Shown here: positions 26,297 through 39,249 of the stretch, in pieces
Position numbering within the stretch: the stretch's first letter is position 1
Layout of the letters: the number at the start of each line of letters is the position of its first letter
Assembly: GCF_030684315.1 (NCBI RefSeq)
Contig: NC_081396.1
Span: 3,224,001 to 3,288,000 of the forward strand
Source: Stegostoma tigrinum
Taxonomy: Eukaryota
Direction of reading: 5' to 3'
Length of the DNA stretch: 64,000 bases
The notes under the pieces: generated by a model
Told to the model about the DNA's origin: nothing
Database searches by the model: none
Seen by the model: only the letters and a program-made list of their open reading frames with translations
Translations under genes and position numbers: made by a program

Positions 26297-28129
26297 TTAA
26301 TCTATCCATCTGTATTTCTAGGCTCTGATCCATGAGCAAGGCCTCTTTTAATTAATCACAAAATATTACAGCTGCTGGAAATTTGAAACAAAGAGAGGAA
26401 ATGCTGCAGCTGGTCTGCAGGATAGGCGTGGATACAGATTCACAATGGCCTCCAGCACAGAAAACAGCCATCACACCCATCGAGTCTACACTCATCAAAA
26501 ACAATACAGTATCCATGGGGTGGTAAAAAAGAATTTTTTTTGGGGTAGTGCAGAATGAATCATGATGAACAAATGTGGTGTAAATTTGATGATCATTGCA
26601 AGTTCAGAAGTGGTAGAGAAATGAACTGTTGTCACACGAGCTGCTTTCATCGCTGCCAACCCATTTGCATTCACAAATGGTCCTTATTATCACTTTTTCT
26701 TGCTCCCCAGCTCACCATTATGCACATCTTTGTCTGCCCAACTGCTGTTCTCTTTGAGTTCCATCTCCCTCTATTTCCATCCTACGAAATGCAACCATCT
26801 CCCGCCAACCCACATCCCCTTTCTTTAGCATACAGATCTCTATTTCCAGCTGCAGTCAGCTCTGAAGAAGCATCACTCGACCTGAAATATTGAGCCTGTT
26901 TTCTTTCCAAAGATGCTGTCAGAGTGCTTAGTTTCTCAGTCTTTTTTTTAACTTTTGTTGGAATGATAACACTACTGTCTGTGTGGTTATTTCTATAAGC
27001 TAGTACTCCAATTCTTTGTAAATAATTTCACTACGTTCCCTCATTACAGTAACAAATGCTGAAATGTTTTCATCATCCCCACAGGCATTCAGAGGCCCCC
27101 AGTAGAAAGATCCAATTACTTCCTGGAGTGTCAGGCAACGTGGGTTTCCAAATGAGTTAGAATTTCAATCAATGAGCGATACATGGGCTCAACCGCACCA
27201 TTTATGCACCCGATTGTTTGCAAAAGCAGCCTCTGCTCTCAGCCCTCTTCCTGCGCAGCTCTTTCTCTTGGCAGGAGCTGTTATCATTCATCCAATCCCT
27301 ATAGTGACCTGTGACATGCGCAGCAGGTTGGAAGCAAAACCTCCGAACATGCGGTAGGAATGAGGCTATTAGTTGAGTGGGAAGTTTCAATAACATTCTG
27401 GGGAGGTCTCCAGGCCTGAACGTCAAGATGCTACTGCTTCCAGGGGTAGAGTTTGTCAAATAGAGTTGGACTGGAATCTCCTGGGTGAGGCCTGAGGCCC
27501 CGAATAAGAGCATCTCTGGTCACGTGTGTATCATGTGTAGCTTACTGGTGGCGATGGTGGTGAGAACACGGTCAAATGTCAATTCTGAGACAAAATTTCT
27601 ATTTTGTGTCAGAATTTTGCGTCAGCGAGAGTTTGCTAAATTCTCTTGAGACATCTGGCTCCGAGTTTAGACTTTGAGCCCTAAAAACAGGAAAATGTTG
27701 TGAGAGTGGCTTCCAGAAAATTTTAAAAAACCCCACAAAGGTAGTTTTTAAATTACCACAAACGAACCCGTGAATTTGTAGGGATGGAGAAGAAACATCC
27801 AAGACGTCAGTGACCTGGTGAGACAATCCTTGATTTACCTTTCAGTTTGTCGACAAGCAGGACAACTGAACCTAAACATGGGATATGATAGTAGAACTCT
27901 GAGAGTTGAAGGAAGAAATAATGAGAATGGGTTTGTATCTAAACGCTTAGAAACTTGCATTGTTTCATGAGTATTTTGTTTTAATCCTGTACTTACATTG
28001 ATGTCTTTTGTAAATTCCTTTTATAGAGTGTTGCAACTTTCAGATAGAAACACAAACCAAACAAGGCATCAAAATTTGACAATCGACTGAATTATCTGTG
28101 CCTGAATGTCATTGATCTTTAAATATGAG

Positions 28130-28705
28130 ACGAAAAAATTTGCCTGCTCTGTCTATGCGAAAACAGTTCAAAGATCACCACATTCTCTGAGGCACACATG
28201 CATTTCAGTGAGAGTTTTCCACCTCAATGAATGTGGGAAGGCTTTTAATTGACGATAAATTTAAAAAAATGCACTGCTGACATTCACAGGAAACTAGGTG
28301 TTCTGTTGATATATGAGACTCCACTGATCATCCAAACTGCAGAAACACGAGGACACCGGCAAATTGGAGAAACTGTGGTAATGTAAGAATTATGGGAGAG
28401 TAGTTAATTATCCATATAGGTTTGTAAAACATGACCACAGTCATAAGGAGACCAGCACCACAGAATATCTATGGATATGTGGGCCCTGCAGTCAAGAATT
28501 TCTGGGAAATTCGCACTTGAAGGTGAATTTCTTTACTTGCTCCATGTGTGGAAAGGAGTTTAAAAGTCCACCATCCTCCTGCTTGCAGAAGGAGGCCCAA
28601 GCCGTCATGTAAATTCGTTCCACAGCAGCGAATTGACACTGGGAAGAAACCATTCACCTGCTCAGCATGTAAAAAAGATTCGCTCAGTCATCCAATCTGC
28701 TGAGG
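28130..28705 (+). pseudogene. Decayed C2H2 zinc-finger array
   Basis: GAATGTGGGAAGGCTTTT and ACTGGGAAGAAACCATTCACCTGC linkers with frameshifts. Confidence 0.72.
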
Positions 28706-30879
28706 ATCCTCCCTGAATACGTGCACAAGTCAGCAAATGTACCATGGCATGGCAAGAGAACAGCAAACAACGCATTTTTTCAGAAATATCATTGGAGGGA
28801 ACACATGCAAGGAATTATGTTAAACTGAATTAAAAAAAGAGAATCTTACCTCACCTAGGAAACTGCATCCAGTTTCAGCCATCACATTTTTTTTTGAAAG
28901 AATGCAAGCTCAGGAGACAGGGGCATGATTTAATCATAGTGCTGTTTACGGGATGATGCACATCACTGACTTTGCGAAGTCGGGCCTATTCTCCTCTGTT
29001 GAACAACAATTTTCAATTTGGTTGAATTCATTAAATTCCTGATGCATTTTAGTACAGTTAGATAAGGAGAACCTGCTTCCATTGAAGAAGGATTGGAAAC
29101 ATTCAGGCGCTGGTCAAATATAATTGGCAATTGGATCAACTCAAAATTAGACAAAGTGAAGCTTATTTCAATGCAGCGAGTGTTTCAGAGAATTAAACCT
29201 CCTGCAAACTGTGCTGTGAACTCAGGATTATTCGGGTCATTCAAAAGTATTTTGGACTAGCGAGATGCTTTGAAAGCATAGTTGTGATTGATCAGAAGCG
29301 ACGTCGGTGTTCGTGAAAAAGTAACCACGGAAATCTGTCGGAGAATCTCCCACATTTAGGAGCACAGCTTCTATTGTCAATTTCTTAATGTTTTGTCTCC
29401 TATCAATGCCTTTGTCATTTCGAATTCCACACTGTAAATATGCCTGTGTATTTCTTTTATACAGCTTGCACATTTAAAAATTCCAGCGGTGGTGAAAGTA
29501 TGAACGCTTGCTCCAATAGTTTGGAAGAGTCTCTGTGTGTACCCAATTTAATTCAATGAGCAATTCATTTTAATTTTTTTACACTTTCACTTGTGAAATG
29601 ATTATGTGTATTTAAGTTGATCATTAATCTCTTGTTGAGACATAAGGTTCAAGTTTAAGGATTAAATGGTAATTTAAGAAAGTTAAGAAAATGTCTGAAA
29701 TAATCACTTAGTTTTTGTATCCAGGCAGACCACGATAACAGATCTGGCCGAGGAAAATCTTATTTGAAACAGCTGTTTTCTTAAGGAATTTGTATTACAT
29801 GCATAGTTCCCAGAATAAATAAAATGCAACAAGGTTCAGGGTGTCCAGAATAGATAGGTTCCAGACACTGAGAACGATTCCTTTTATTGCTGCTGAAGTC
29901 CGCCTTGTGCCACATAGGTCTCAATGCATCTGTATTCTTGACTGAATTTGATATTTTTGGCTGATGAACGATTAATTGGGCATGTTAGATGGAAATATAT
30001 CTGTTAGAAACTCATGGTCTACTGATGTTGGAAGTATTGTGGTTTTAGACAGAATCGAAAAAATATTTCTAGCTCCATTGCCTGTCTTTAGCAGCTTTCT
30101 GGTCGAACAATGGTATTGATTTTTATAGTAACTTCATAAAAGGTTGTGACATTTTGTGTATAATGGGAACCATCGACGGCCGGCTTGCGCTCTCATCATT
30201 CTGCTTGTGGATTATGCCATCAGACATATCGAGTGAAAGATGGGTTTACATTAATGGGCCACAAGTTAGGGAAGCAATAACCTAAATGACTGCCCGAACC
30301 GCAATCAGACATAAGCTGGGATTTGGCTGGGATTGGAGCGGGGTGTACACACTTGGGCAAGTATATCCTGACCAATGGCCCTGCAAGAAAGAATTAAGCA
30401 AATTCAAGGTTTGTACATCTTCATTTAAGATTTATTTACTGCTTCTGACAGCTTTTGTATCGAAACGTTTCTGTTAAAATCACCAAAAATGAACATAATG
30501 ACCGGATGCGACATTGAGATAATAATGCATGACCTATGAGCTTTGAATTTTATGCTCATCGGTAACAGTAACCAGAAAAAAACAAAATGCGGGCTCAACA
30601 TAAAGGACAGGCAACAATTCTGAATAAGGATTGTCAAGAACAAAAACACAAAATGACTTCAAACAATTGGGAAGCTACAAATTATTGCAACGTTAATTGT
30701 CTTGACGATCAAACAAGGTAAATTGGAAATCCCATTGAATATTTTCCCAGTTACATACTCATAAATTGAATCTATCTCACTGCTAGTGTCAACAGTAGGA
30801 CGGACTGTACATTTGGAATTCAGTGGCCTCAATAAAAATAAAATTTCCTCGAGGAAATTCTATGGTGTCCAAAACTCAA

Positions 30880-30888
30880 TCACTTGAC
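30880..30888 (-). CDS. IGHM: IgM TM2 exon (VK-stop)
   Basis: tctctttttcAG|GTC AAG TGA completes the KVK cytoplasmic tail. Confidence 0.88.
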   Translation of the reverse strand, partial: VK

Positions 30889-31027
30889 CTGAAAAAGAGA
30901 GATTGGGGAATGGTTTAGATATCTCTGATCAGGGCATTCAGGTTTTAATTTTAATTCAATGACACACTTCGAGATTTCACAAGCCACAATGGTCTGTTTG
31001 AAGCGTGAATGATTTCATTATTCTCAC

Positions 31028-31155
31028 CTTCACCAGCGTGACGGCAGCACTATAGAAAATGCTCAGGAAGAACAAGGTGATGAATGTAGAAGCTGTTGTC
31101 CTGATGTTGCCGTTATCATACTCAAAGTCTTCAATCCAATTACGATCTATCGAAT
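31028..31155 (-). CDS. IGHM: IgM TM1 exon
   Basis: AG/GT bounded; (D)SIDRNWIEDFEYDNGNIRTTASTFITLFFLSIFYSAAVTLVK with the CART motif. Not listed in the ORF track. Confidence 0.93.
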
Positions 31156-33881
31156 CTATGAATATAAAGCCGAGACAACGGATTTAGATTGTCCATTGAT
31201 CCAATCCGATATACTTTCTCAAAATAATGTCATCAGGGACCATTACACCTTCTTCAAGCCGTCAGGTTGTTCTCAAATTTGTTTCTTGATCTCTATCTAT
31301 TATTGTGTTAGTGACTGTTAGCAATATCTTGCTAATACTGGTTGCACATGTTCTTCCTTTGTTATCCAGGTCTGAACACTTTGAGGCATGTCTTCATTGA
31401 AACTGTTCTTGGAGAGTATAATCATTGTTATCATTCCAGGTACACTGATTGGGAACGAATGCATTAATTCGCTCATTATATTTTCAATACAGGCTGTGGC
31501 AGATAAGAGTGGAAATGTGATTACTCATCTTCTTTATTTATATGTGATCAATTGCTCGACAAATCATGAGCAAAATTTGGATCTAGAGTATGATTTTTTT
31601 GTTGTGAACTGCCCCTTAGTTTGTTTTCGTCTATAGCCTGGTGAGTATGTTTTTGCTTTATTGTTTGCGTACGTGGTAATGAGTGTCATTTCCTTCGCCC
31701 TTTTTCACGTTGAAGCTTATGCATGGCAAAACATATTCATGTTGCCTTGGTGCTGGTGTGTTCATTCACATCTTTGTGCTTGTGTGAGTAAATTGTGTTC
31801 ATTTCATAATGTGTAAGAATCAATATCTTCACATGCCACTTCATTCATCGATAACTGTCTGTATTTTTTTATTGACTTTGTGATTTCTCTTTTGCATAGT
31901 GCTTATGAAAATGTGTGTTAATGTATTGATTTCAAAATCTACCATACTTAGATTATTTTCATGTTTGTACTCCATAAATTTGTTCTGTTCATATGTAGCT
32001 TCATGTTTTGATTGATGTGTATATTTATGTGATGATATGATTTTCTTAGTAAAGCATCCTACCCCATCTCCCTGATGCGATATCATGTGCTATTGCATGT
32101 GAATGTTCACTGTCGTTGTGCCATTCCACTTTTGTTGCCAATATCCCACTGTGTGTTGATCTATGCCCTTCTGTGTCTGCATTTGAGACTCATAAATTGT
32201 GTGTATACATGACTGCGTTTATGTGCTGATCAAATAGTTTAAAAGGAAGGAAATAAGCTGCCTCTTTCCTCATATTACTATATTTCTGCAAGTGAGATTA
32301 TAATGAGATTAAAGTTTATGTCTGCGCTCATATATGTCGATGTGAGTGCACATGTGGAAAGATATATCTCGGATATTGTATGTGCACTTATAATTTCATG
32401 ACTGTACATATTATGGTGTATGAATGGATGGGTATTATTTAGCATTTGTGTGCTAGAGAATGCTTATATTTTTCATGATTATGCACAGTTATCACAGTTT
32501 ATTTGGGTCTGTTCCTTCTCTGCACTGGTCTTTTTTGTGAGAGTGTATATGACAGCTCATATATCATATGCAAATACGCCTGTCTGCATATATGCTTGTG
32601 CGACAGCTTATCTGTATGTGCATTTCTGTTAGCACATATGTGTGTCCCTTTAGGTGAGAGCTTGTATATGTGTGTCTTTAGAGCGCTTGTGAATTTTTGT
32701 CTGCATCTGTATTTGTTTATGCTCTGAAATGAGACTTTTTCTTTTCATCGTTGAGCAATGTTAATCGATTTCCAATGATTATTTCTGATCCAGATGGTGT
32801 AGGGAACATTTCTCGCCCTTATGGGGAGATAAGCACTTTGTGATTGACACTTGATGTAAAGACAGAATTTCTGTTTCCGAGATAAAAGCCCCGAGATCAA
32901 ATCTCTATGACTCCGGAGATGTATATCGCATTTCTAAGTATGTTGGATATAAAATATGTACAAGGCAAGTGAAAGAAAATGACATCCGGTGTTTGAATAC
33001 GAGAACTGATTCCGTGGGTTCTCGGATTTTGAGTGAAAACTGGTGAAAATAAGCTGGAATAATGCCAGTTTGGTTTTGGATTATGCAGAGTCGATGTTAA
33101 CAGATGAATGATGGAAGGAGTGCGTTCAACATCCTTCAAACGAAGTATGTTGCATGGAAAATTTAAATCATTGTTAGTAAGGAAGAAGCTGACTGTTCCT
33201 GTAAGCTACGAAATCACATGACAGAGGACGTACAATGTAAAAACACGGCAAGGGGAGTAAGCATATGGTCTGTTCATCCTTGTACCTGTAACTCCCTCTG
33301 GTCGACAAGAAGAAAAGAAATTTCCTTGTTATCTTGCGTGTGAAAGTGAAGATGCATTCTGTCAACTGATGCACTGGTGTGAGATCCCTGGCAGTCCCCA
33401 AATAAAAATGGATAAATCCAAATCATTCTGAACATGATATGCTAGTTCCCCAAAGCAATCCTTTCTTTTTGGCATGTTCCAATCAAAAATAATTTTAAAT
33501 GTCTCTAAAGTTTATGTTCCCAATTAGTACAATGGAGCAATTTAAAGCTGGCATAAAATTTATCGACATGGGCCATTGAGGAATCAGGAAGACAACGATC
33601 ATAATTCATGGTGTTCATTTGTGATGAAATTGACATTGCCAAACTTTGTCACAGTGGGATTTTAAGTCGAAGAAGGTACTTTGCAGAATTCCGCAATGTG
33701 TGAGCTTCAGTCTGTCAGTGAACAGGGACCACTCTGAGCAGGGAGCTATAAGTGTGCAGACAAAAGTCCTGGACCTGCTAACTATTGACCTTAACTAGAA
33801 AGAAGGAATGTTTTTAAAAGTGGGAAACACAATCAATTAAGCGGTTGCCTATTTATATAATAATTGGAGGAAAGAAAATGG

Positions 33882-33896
33882 TTTATTACTTTTATT
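33882..33896 (-). terminator. Tandem AATAAA polyadenylation signals for secreted mu mRNA
   Basis: Plus-strand TTTATT at 33882-33887 and 33891-33896, about 30-40 nt after the secretory stop. Confidence 0.8.
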
Positions 33897-33923
33897 GAAT
33901 TCTGAAGTGTAACCTTGAAATTT

Positions 33924-34315
33924 TCATAGACATGAATTTATGATGTCCATCAGTGCAAGTGAAATATTCACAAAACTCGGTTTACCGCTGGACTTATCAA
34001 CCGTTCTGTTGATGATCTTCAATGGAATCGCTTCATGTCCCACCACACAGGAGTAAGAAGCACCGCTGGCCCACTCCTCTGCAGAAATGGATAATAGGCT
34101 GTACATGAAGAAAGAGGTGTTATCGCTCTCTGCCATCACCTCGGTGTTCTTATAGTTAGTGGGATTAACCGGCTTGTCGTTGGTTGTCCACTTGACGAGG
34201 ATCTCTCGGGGCCTGAAACCTCTCACTAAACAGGTGAGTGAAACAAACTTCTGTGCGGAGACGTCTTCTGTCGTTGGCAGGAGGACAGACACCGATGGCT
34301 CCAGCGGGTTTACCA
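33924..34315 (-). CDS. IGHM: IgM Cmu4 + secretory tailpiece
   Basis: PSVSVLLP...LTCLVRGF...VKW...[23 protein letters not shown]|[20 protein letters not shown]; internal donor G|GTAAA after 33986. Confidence 0.96.
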
Positions 34316-34758
34316 CTGCAGAATATTTGAAACAAAAATGAATTATTTTCAAAAAATCAAGAAACAATATTGGAATTTCATTGAATATACAAATATTCCA
34401 TATTTAATTTGGGATTTATTCACTTTCATTTTTGAAAGGAGCAGAATGATATTCATACTATTCATGAAAAAAATGTTCAGTTCACAAGTGACGTCCTGTT
34501 ATCAGCCCAGAATTTCGTCCATTTGTCATTACTGGTGTTTACATCACAAAACTCCATGTCTCTTTCCAATTTGTTTGACTTAATCACAACAGAATATCCT
34601 TGAAGACATTTTCTCTTTATCAGTTACTTAGCTTTCTTCCCAGAAATTTGTTATAAATCCTCCCAGTGGCGTTACTGCATTACCAATCAAAGCATTTTAA
34701 CGATTTAAGGGGTCTAAATTACTCATGGGATACTTTGTACATTCATTTCTTCACTCAC

Positions 34759-35064
34759 ATTTCTCCTTGTGGATAGACTGTCTCAGTGGAGTCGGCAGAT
34801 ACTGATTGTTCACCACGCATTCAAATGTATCCCCACTCAGCCAGGCTTCAGTAGAAATATCTAACTTGCTGATAACACCTTCAGAATGCTCTCCGGACTG
34901 ATGAACAAACTCTGATTTCAGAGACTTCTTGTCATGTATCCAGGTGAAGTTGGCTTCAAAATGAAGGTTGTACACAATGCAGGTTAATGTCACCGTGGCC
35001 TCCAGTAAGACCTGTTCAACTGGTGGCGGTAGTATTTTAGCTGTGTAATCATGACACTCTGAAA
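34759..35064 (-). CDS. IGHM: IgM Cmu3 exon
   Basis: AG/GT, 306 nt, phase 1; [19 protein letters not shown]...FTW...[13 protein letters not shown]. Confidence 0.95.
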
Positions 35065-36802
35065 CTACAATGGAACAGAAATTAGAATCAATTAAAATAT
35101 AAATATGCTTCTTGAGAAACAAAACACCAGTGTTCAGTCTATTGACTCACAATGTCAAAAAACTACCTTTGAGAGGGCAAATTCCAACTATTCTTGCAAC
35201 AATACTTACTTTTGTTCATATATTTTGATTTGTGAAAACATTGTTGATTATCTATAAAATTCCCTGTGTAATTATTACTAATGAAAAGTAGCTTTGCAAC
35301 GAGTGAATTTTCTGTTTAAAAAAAAGGAAAAGAAAAAAAAATCACTGGTACCACGATTTAACCCATGGAGCAATTTCCTTTCAGAGTTCTTGTCTCACTT
35401 ATGGCCAACTGTTGATACGTTTGGCAAAACTAATCTCCAATCAGCACAATGAATTCATTTTTACTTTCATGAGGCATGTGTGCAAATGCTGCTGGTCATG
35501 GTGAGTGTCAAATCAAATAACAATTTCAGTAAACCGGTAATCAAACGTAGTCATTCTCTTATTCCTCGTGTAATTATGGATATTTTCCTATGTTACAAGA
35601 ATTGTGAAATTTCACGAAAGTACTGTTCAATACAATTTAACGTGATGGAAAATAAGTTGCGTTATTGGTGTGAGATCGTTCTCTAAAGTAGCTCATGAAA
35701 TATTATTCCTCGTGTGCCGAATTTAGAGTAGACCTGAAAACGAGACATAGAATACAGCATCGGAAATAGAGTGGGATACTTGTCTGTTCAATCCTTCCCT
35801 CCACCACTCCCTATTCAGTGAGATAATGAATAAGCTCAACTCTCATTTTGCTTAGCTAACTGCAATTTTGAATTTCACCACAGAACAAAAAGAAGTCAAG
35901 CAGGGAGAGTTTTGTATTGACGTACAATCTCACATGATATTTGCACTGGTAAATTTCAGATTTCCAAGACTCACTGCGTAAACATATCCATCTTTAAACT
36001 AGGCTAAAATATGTTTGCTCTAATGCTGAGTTAATTCATTCTAATTGCTGCATTCCCACCAGAATTTATTGCCCTGCCACATCCACTAATTTGAGAAAAC
36101 GTCTAAAGGAGGCTGGATGAGATCAAGTTTATCTCTGTTAATGAAGTTTTCTTCTCACTTGGTCTCCGTTTTGGTGTCATGATTGAAGTTAACGACCCCC
36201 ATCATATGTAAAAAGTTGTCGTCCAATGCTCAAGGTCAACAGGTAATTCCTGATCTTGGAACAAAGTATTGAGCACATCTTGTTTTATTTTCAAACATTA
36301 GTCGCTTCATACCTTCCTGTGTCATCTTCTGACGACAAAATCGAAAGATATAGGAACAGAATCAAAAGATTCAGTCAATCCAGTCTGCTCTGCGATTCAT
36401 TCATGGCTGATTTGTTTCTCAACCCCATTCTCCTGCCTTCTCCCCATACTAAGCACCAGCCATTCTATCTCGATCTTAAATGCTGTCATCGACTTGACCT
36501 CCACAACCCTCTGAGGCAGTGAGATCCACGTATTCATCACTCCCTGGTTAAAGATATTTATCTTTGGTCCAGTTCTCTCTGGTCCCCCCTTTCACTCTGA
36601 GGTTGTGTCGTCGGGCCCGAGTCAACTACGAGTGAAAATATCTTCTCCACATCCACCCTATCTCAATCTCTCAGTGTTTTCTAAGTTTCAATGAGATCGC
36701 TTCTTGACGTCTCCTCTCCGCCCAAGCCCCTTCTCCTTGAGGCCGTTACCAGCAATGGATTCTCCATTCCCACTCCCTCTCCAAGTATTGTCAAACAACA
36801 AA

Positions 36803-37955
36803 TAGAACATAGAACATAGAACATAGAACAGTACAGCACAGAACAGGCCCTTCAGCCCACAATGTTGTGCCGACCATTGATCCTCATGTATGCACCCTCA
36901 AATTTCTGTGACCATATGCATGTCCAGCAGTCTCTTAAATGACCCCAATGACCTTGCTTCCACAACTGCTGCTGGCAACGCATTCCATGCTCTCACAACT
37001 CTCTGTGTAAAGAACCCGCCTCTGACATCCCCTCTATACTTTCCTCCAACCAGCTTAAAACTATGACCCCTCGTGCTAGCCATTTCTGCCCTGGGAAATA
37101 GTCTCTGGCTATCAACTCTATCTATGCCTCTCATTATGTTGTATACCTCAATTAGGTCCCCTCTCCTCCTCCTTTTCTCCAATGAAAAGAGACCGAGCTC
37201 AGTCAACCTCTCTTCATAAGATAAGCCCTCCAGTCCAGGCAGCATCCTGGTAAACCTCCTCTGAACCCTCTCCAAAGCATCCACATCTTTCCTATAATAG
37301 GGCGACCAGAACTGGACGCAGTATTCCAAGTGTGGTTTAACCAAAGTTTTATAGAGCTGCAACAAGATCTCACGACTCTTAAACTCAATCCCCCTGCTAA
37401 TGAAAGCCAAAACAGCATATGCTTTCTTAACAACCCTGTCCACTTGGGTGGCCATTTTAAGGGATCTATGTATCTGCACACCAAGATCCCTCTGTTCCTC
37501 CACACTGCCAAGAATCCTATCCTTAATCCTGTACTCAGCTTTCAAATTCGACCTTCCAAAATGCATCACCTCGCATTTATCCAGGTTGAACTCCATCTGC
37601 CACCTCTCAGCCCATCTCCGCATCCTGTCAATGTCCCGCTGCAGCCTACAACAGCCCTCTATGCTGTCAACGACACCTCCGACCTTTGTGTCGTCTGCAA
37701 ACTTGCTGACCCATCCTTCAATCCCCTCATCCAAGTAATTAATAAAAATTACAAACAGTAGAGGCCCAAGGACAGAGCCCTGTGGAACCCCACTCACCAC
37801 TGACTTCCAGGCAGAATATTTTCCTTCTACTACCACTCGCTGTCTTCTGTTGGCCAGCCAATTCTGTATCCAGGCAGCTAAAAAAAAAAGTTCCCCTGTA
37901 TCCCATTCCTCCTGTTCTTCTGAATGAGCCTACCATGGGGAACCTTATCAAATGA
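36803..37955 (-). mobile_element. Young CR1/HER1-like LINE 3' fragment in the Cmu2-Cmu3 intron
   Basis: Open 312-aa RT ORF (SGVPQGSVLGP, FADDTK); (AGAACAT)n tail at ~36803-36830. Confidence 0.94.
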
Positions 37956-38178
37956 ATCCGATTAACTGTCATATGTCATCAACATCGAGGGAAACACCTT
38001 TTTCTGATTTAATTTATGAGCAATGCTGACATCAAACTCACAATGAAATGAATTACACACTGCATGATCTCAAATTAGAACTTATACTGTGCTGTTCACT
38101 AAGCTTGATAAATTAAGTGTATTGGGTTTGCATCAGCATTCAGAATTAGTGTTCTTTCTATAGGAATGCATCTCTTAC

Positions 38179-38493
38179 CCTGAGGTCTGGTGATGTTCTG
38201 ACTTTGAATGAGCCCTTCATGATCGACCTGGCATGTATAGACTGCTCTGTCGAACCATTCACTATATGGGACTCTCAGCTGACTGATCGTTGAGAAGTTT
38301 CCATTTGCTTCACACACGGGAAAAGTGAAGATACCAGAATTCACTTCTCTTCCATTCTTCAACCAAACCACGGAGATTTTCTTTGGTTTGAAGTCAAAGA
38401 TTGAACAGACTATGGTTGCAACTTTTCTGCTCTCGATTTCTTCACTGGAACTCACAGTTAGCAGAACAGTTGGAGGAACACCGCCATTTTTGC
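38179..38493 (-). CDS. IGHM: IgM Cmu2 exon
   Basis: AG/GT, 315 nt; (C)[34 protein letters not shown]...VWLKNG...YTCQVDH. Confidence 0.95.
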
Positions 38494-39249
38494 CTTAAGA
38501 AAACAGATCGTGTAAATTATCTGATTCAAGAACAAATGGAGTCAGTTCTTTTCTCTCCGTGTTCATTGTGGTTAGTAGATACTTGCCTAACCATTACAAG
38601 GATCCTAATTACGCAAAATACAGAAAAAGCTGGCATTCAGACAGGAAGATCAGCAGGTTGATATCAAGTGCTAAAATTGGAAGAAAGAGCAAGTTTAAAA
38701 TATGGTGCAGAAATTATACATCAGACAAATCAATCAAAATATTCCGACGAGTTGAAGAGAAAAATGAGGAATTTACGTAACTGACATCACGGAGATATGT
38801 TGAGACAGGGCACATTATTCGAGGAGATATAGCCTTCAGGCGAGTTGCAGGAAGTTATAAAATGGAAGTCGGAGGGTCGTGTCTGTCGCAATATTGAGCA
38901 GGAGGTTTTCAGTGGGAAAGAAGAATGAAATCGTAGATACCTCCTCAAATGAAGGCAAATGAAAAGGAATTAAAAACCAAAATGAAACAAAAAGACTGCA
39001 ATGAGAGCAAGGAAAGTTCCTCGAAAAGTCCGAGAGATAGGAGTGCATATACATCAGCAAACTTGCAGAAAAGAGTACATAAATCGGCTAATGATTGTAA
39101 GGATTTCAACTTCCTCAACGTCGGCATCGTTTCAAATGTCCAGAAGGAGCAGAATTGTGAAACTGCGCTTTTTAATACAGTATGCAGGAGGCCTTGCAAG
39201 CGAGGCTGAAGCTGGACTTAACTTTAGTTAATGACGCCGAAAAAGTGCT

